A stretch of DNA of 64,000 nucleotides from Takakia lepidozioides (Eukaryota > Plantae > Bryophyta): positions 54,560,001 through 54,624,000 of the forward strand of contig CM060732.1 of assembly GCA_030704615.1 (NCBI GenBank), given 5' to 3'. The position numbers and the translations under genes are program-made. The notes beneath the pieces are model-generated. The model had not been told where the DNA came from and made no database searches. It saw only the letters and a program-made list of their open reading frames with translations. This document shows, piece after piece, positions 58,669 to 64,000 of the stretch (positions within the stretch are counted from its first letter, which is position 1; every line of letters starts with the position of its first letter).

Positions 58669-61600
58669 TACAAGGGAGGGGAAAGCACCTGAAAGGTGAT
58701 GGTGGAAAGGACATACTTTAGCTTAGACTGAAGTCGAAAGAAGGGGCTTGTGACATTGAATGCAACAGTCGCACTGCACTGTAAGCTACCAACATTGCTG
58801 ATGATGACAATTCAAATATGATTCAAACAGCAGCAATGAAGTCATCTGTTTACAGAGGCAGATTCTGCCAGGAACAGTCGCATGAAGAAAATCCTGACGT
58901 ACCCGGGCTGAAAGTTCTACACAACAGCAAGGGACCCTCAAAACATTGGAAGACTCTATAGGTGAAGGTTCTTGGGAGCTGTTGACACCTCTGAAGTGTA
59001 TGCCCTTCCATTTGAATGGAGTGACACACCTCTAGAAAGTATCCACATCTGCAATGTAATTTGACTGCATCTATGAGCTCCACTCTCATGTTTGCAAGAG
59101 GTGGATTATTGGAAATCTTCTCCAACTCTTGCAGCAAGATGGAGGCCAGGCTTTTCAGAGAATGTACTCATAAGACGTTGTTTGCCGTAGCCTTGTGGCC
59201 ATTTACCCCAGAGCCCAGTGTGAGCGGAACACAAAGGGAAAGAAACTACCTTTGTCAGGGGCTGATGCTGGTAGTATGACTTACCTTGGAACAGAAGGCT
59301 TTTCAGACAGTCAGCTTGTTGAAAGTGTAAGAGCTAAATGATAGAGGCTGGTTTGTGAGCAGTACGCAAGACTTAAGTATGAGCCAAAATATGGGAAAAC
59401 GCCAATGGTGTAAATAAAAAACTAGCTTCGGCTTCTCACCCTCAAGCTTCTGTCTCAAGCAGCTAAGTACATTATCAGACTGGAAATTCTAGATCCACAC
59501 TGACTGGGATCACGATTGTACGAAGCTCCAACGATTTCTTGTATCCCAAACCCCCAGTTCTTCTGGTCTTTTCTGCTCACAGCCTCTCTCAAACAGCTTT
59601 GATGAGCAATGGAGATGTGAGATCTCTCTCTCTCTCTCTCTCTCAAAAATCATTGACGGTTGGAGAGCAGATCAGGTGTGAGATCTGCCTAATCGCCGAT
59701 TCTGTTCGGAAATATCAGGGGTTGTTTACTGTGTCCGCATCTGCAAGCGATCGTACAACTTCTCTTCAAGTTAAGACGGGTTCTGTCCATGCCCATGGCG
59801 ACTTGAGGCAGTTGTACAACTGCAGATCCCAGCTGTCCAAGTGATCCCAACGGGATCTTCCTCGAGAATTTCAGCGCCCATCCTGCGCATTGCGATTGCA
59901 CATCACGAGTTCATAGTAGCGCAGGTTGCACCATCTCTTCTTCACAAGGCAGACCAGGGGTAGACTTGCTCAAAGACCACCACAATTCCCCAGACAACCG
60001 TTCTCCAAAGTCATACAAATTATGCATACTTCAATCACATGTCTATAAAACCGTTACAACAAAGCTGTATCGGTCTTCTACGCACCTCCATGAGTGGATG
60101 CAAACCCACCACCAGCATCTCCCAAGCAAGAAGAAGCTTCTCTCAAGCAAGTAGAAGCTTGTCTGTCTAGAATCCAGAGCTGGGTTCTGGGGCCTACCTT
60201 CTGCACTGGTAGATTGCAGCATGGTGGGTCCAGTCCCTGAAATGCTAAAAGAGCATATGGCTTTCCCGGGCAGCCAGTAGCGGAAGTTTTGTGGGGGTGC
60301 CCATCCTAGGTATTATCGTTTGCACTTCCTGCCCGTCTCCTGTTTTCTCTTTCTCTCTCTCTCTCTCTCACCGAGCGTGCACGTTTGCTTCGGTCTTCCG
60401 TTTACGACGTTCACACCTTCTTCTTCCTTTCCTCATGATCGTTGGGGAGGATATATTCTGGTGTGGGACTGGAAGTGCAGTGTAGATGATAGGATTGCTG
60501 TGCAGTCGTTGCGACTTACTCGCCACGGACCCACTAATTGCAGGGACACAGAAGGTGTTTGTTACTGGGCAATGTGAAGTGCAAGGAGAAGGAAGAGAGG
60601 AGCAGAGAAGTGTAAGTAAGAGCGGCTGAAAGGTTAGACTCCCTAGCAGGTTTCTCCCTTTCAACTCGGTTCGTTTTCCTTTCCCTCCTCCATAAGTTGC
60701 ATTCTTCTTCTTTATAGATGTTCATTCGAGCGTCGCCGCTTCTTTCGTCTTACAAGTATCTAGCGTTTCAGCTAGGTGTGCTAATTGTCTATCACTTTCT
60801 CTCGATATTTTTTCTCCCTTCATGTTCCCACCTTCTAATGTTCGGTGTGTGGATATTTCTCACGAGTGTAGACAGAATGTTGCAGTTTCATTTCCTCCCA
60901 AGCGACTACTTGAAGGATGTGAGATATCAACTTAATGTCAAGTACAAATTGCACAGACTGCAAAGCTTAGCCACTGAAGGTTGCCCGGGTCTCCCCACAC
61001 TCCGAAAAATCCCAGGTGTAGATCTGAGGTGCTCACCCAGGGAATTAGAGGAAGCATTTCCTTTAGAATTAAATTAGTTTACGCATGCCCTTTTACGACG
61101 GAGCTGGGGGGTCCTCTCCATGCCCAGGGCAGATGTACAGAAAATGTATTTATGTTGATAGTATACTAGCCGTCTGCCAGAGCTGGAGTCACCTCCCTGA
61201 AGAGAATCCTTGACACTGTAGGCTGCGTCACCGAGGGAAGGTAGAGTCGACAAAGCACTACAAAGCTTGTGAACAGGTGAATGTCTTTTTCTCCATGGTC
61301 ATTGAGGGTGGCAACATGGAGGCCTCTATGTATGTTACAGGGGAATGATATGAGACAATCGGCATTATCTATGCCAATGCTTTCCTTGATTGTGCAAATT
61401 AGCTTGTCAAGGGTCTCAAACACAGCAAGGGTCCACTGAAAGGCAGAGGCCAAGAAGTGCATGACATGTATGGCTGCGGCATGGTCAAGCTAGCCCACAG
61501 CTATTGGCTTGCTGGTGACACCACAACTGCAACTAGTTCCAACCATTTACTTTGTCCAGTTGACTCCAAGCTTAACTCCAATATTCCCTCCAAGCTTTTT

Positions 61601-61946
61601 ATGCAGTTCAGGGCTGTAATAGGTTTGAATCCATTCAACATGAGTTCCAAGTCCAGCAGAACGATTGACCACAGCAGTTTTGAAATTAACTCAGATATGA
61701 GAGAAATTAGAACATCTAGCATTCTTTAGTTTTCCTATTTAAGCTGGGTTGGAGCATTGTAAAGTAGCTGGGTACTTCTAATCAAGATTGACTACTCTAA
61801 CACCTTCAACCTCTCTTATTTTAAAAGTGCTGGTTTTAATGTACGGCTTATCTTCGGCAGTCTGTGACGCCCTTTGCTCTTGGGATTAGAGCAGGGGTTC
61901 AGGTTTCCATACTCATATCATTCCTCTGAGAGTGCGTGCACACTTA

Positions 61947-63230
61947 ATGTACTCATAAGACGTTGTTTGTTGTAGTATGACTTACCTTTGAACAGACAAT
62001 TCATCCGAGTTTTCCAGATATCCTCTAGGAATCCCTTTACACAAGCACCAATCTGCTGTGTGTGATTTGCCCAATAACTAGGCCCCAAAAGGGCCTGGGC
62101 TTTTGGCTTAGCCTTGAGATTTTCAAAGTTGGTAAATACAGGAACAAATCTCTTGATGGAAGAGGGTGTTTCTCTGGTGAGAGTACCCAGGACAATGAAT
62201 CAGAAAATGGATATTGTCTTCAGGTTGCCCACACAATAGGCATTTGCAATCCCCCTTTCCTCTCTGCATCTGTTTGCTGTTCAAAGGTAGGCTTCCTGCC
62301 CTGAGTTTAAATTTCAGTCTAGTGCCGCGAGTGGTTAAACCCCTGAGGTCATCCATGATGGCCTCACCCATGTCACAGACTGGAAACAAGTTCAGGGAAG
62401 TTTTCTGCCGAACTTCATCGCATGCAGAGAGAGAGGGATGGGTGGTAGCTCAAGAAGGTGGTAACGAAAGGATTCTTAGGTGTTGCTGTAAGCTTTGAAA
62501 TCATAGTGAGCCTGTAGGTGTTTTGTGTCAGGCTGGTGGCGATGAAGGTAGGGGGGCATGGATGGAAAGTACCTGTACACTTGCAAGACAGTAATTACCG
62601 TGATGTGGATCCTCTTGATTCTGACTTCGGCATTGTCATCCCCCCTCCCGCGGATGGTGAGTTAACCATTTGTCTAGGATTGGTCATGTTTATTTGCCTA
62701 TGTTTGGGCCATGGTTCTCTGGTAGATCTGACAGGTTCTACTTGGGAGTGAATTGTACGAAGGTGTAGCACACTCTTGAAGGTAGTAGGAATGATTTATT
62801 CCTACATCTTGTAGACTTGCAAGCAGGTAGGCTGCTCTCCATTTCTCCAGTTAGGACGTACGACACTTGTTAGTAAGGTAGGTAGGATGAGTTTGAATTG
62901 AACTTTCCGGGGAGGTGTAGGTAGGTGTTTCCATTGCTCTAGCTGAGACACAATTTGCTTATATGGTAATGAGGGAAAGGGTTTTTCCATAACCCTGGAG
63001 CCACACCCGGGGCTTGTAGTGGCAAGCTGCAACACCAAGATGCTGCCCTGGCCTATAAAATTTTAAAAACCTGCTTGCCAAGGAACTTGCTCACAGTCTT
63101 GTGGTTCCAGATGTTCTGGTAGGCTATGTAGTACATGGGCAGGATCCAGCAAGTGTGCATCGTTTGACATTATGAAAGTGGGGAGTCTGTTGTATTCTAG
63201 GCTCTCTTATTGTTGTGTCGGTGGAAGCAG
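61947..63230 (-). mobile_element. 5'-truncated, decayed LINE (RTE-X/L2-like C-terminus) with 3' UTR
   Basis: LLTSVVRP, then RLKFKLRAGSLPLN..CLLCGQPEDNIHFLIHCPGY..R (CCHC), followed by a 3'-end motif shared with 55311, 59157 and 63801. Confidence 0.7.
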
Positions 63231-63373
63231 GCTATGAAGTGAATTCACCCGTCACACTTAGAATAAGAAATCTGTTTTGTACCTGTGTCCAAGGGCTGGG
63301 ATTCTCTTGTGTCATTTTTTGATACGTTCAAGGGTAGATTCAACCAGCTGAAACTACTTGGGTCCTTCCAGTC

Positions 63374-63563
63374 ATGTGTGACCGAGCCTTGCAATTGGAG
63401 AAGCAGCAAGAGAGAGTATTCTCGTGGACCTCTGAGAGGCTGAAGCTGCTAGATGGCCTACTTGACCAAGTGTACAGAGTGTTACAACCCACTAAAGAGC
63501 AATGCGATGCTCGCCGCCTTGTCATCCAGTTTGTTGACAACTTTGTTAGACAAAAGATACCTG
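63374..63563 (+). CDS. Probable first coding exon of a HESO1/Cid1-like terminal nucleotidyltransferase (continues beyond the window)
   Basis: LDGLLDQVYRVLQPTKEQCDARRLVIQFVDNFV resembles the HESO1-family N-terminal helices. A GTGAG donor follows at 63564. The catalytic motifs are not in the window. Confidence 0.55.
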
Positions 63564-64000
63564 GTGAGTTGAGAGGTAGTTGATGGTTCTTTGCAAGTCT
63601 TCAATTTGAAGGTCCATTTTCAAATTCAGTATATGTCGTTATTTTCCTATCATGTTGCAACTGTTGTCTTGTTTGTATGTGGAGCTCCTGTGCCTGGAGA
63701 GTGGCCATGCAATGCACTTGCATGCACCTTGGAATGCATCCAGGTTGTAATTGCACATTCCTTTGTTGGCTTCTTAACGGAGCTACACAGAGCCACATAG
63801 AGAGAATGTACTCATAAGACGTTGTTTGCCGTAGCCTTGTGGCCATAGACCCTCTGCCCGGTTTGAGCGGAGCTCGAGAGAGGGAGAGAGAGAAAAGCTC
63901 ACAGTAGATTTTTTGCTGGGAGAGGAAAAATCTGTGATGCTGACTGCAGTCTTTCAGTAGTTCTTATGCACTAACTTTGCACCAGTTCTTTGGTGAAGAG

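Overview
Transposon-dense nuclear DNA from a land plant, probably a seed-free lineage (bryophyte, lycophyte or fern; inferred from gene style only). The left 39 kb is one shattered TORNADO1-like Roco (LRR-ROC-COR) pseudogene. It is interrupted by a CACTA transposon end (1-5404), an unusual Ty3/Gypsy element (6076-29501, minus strand, 4-bp TSD AATG), an intronic MITE, and a second truncated copy of the same Gypsy family (~32271-37917). That family is the highlight. Its polyprotein runs Gag-protease-DNMT3-like C5 cytosine methyltransferase-RT-RNaseH-integrase-PHD finger. It lacks a tRNA primer site but has a perfect Tf1-style self-priming complement. Its termini are B...PPT-A-gc-B-A, which resembles a 2-LTR circle reopened at an internal GACA-gc-TGTC palindrome. 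Its leader carries captured RPL21 and CSI1 fragments and a nested 13-kb conventional Gypsy element (14730-27768, TSD ACCCT). The right part holds a decayed spliced ParB/Srx-like plus amino-methyltransferase-like gene, inverted PPR pseudogene fragments inside a larger inverted repeat, LINE remnants, an intact intronless PLS-PPR-DYW RNA-editing gene (55897-58668), and the probable first coding exon of a HESO1-like nucleotidyltransferase. All calls come from reading the sequence by eye; no searches were run.
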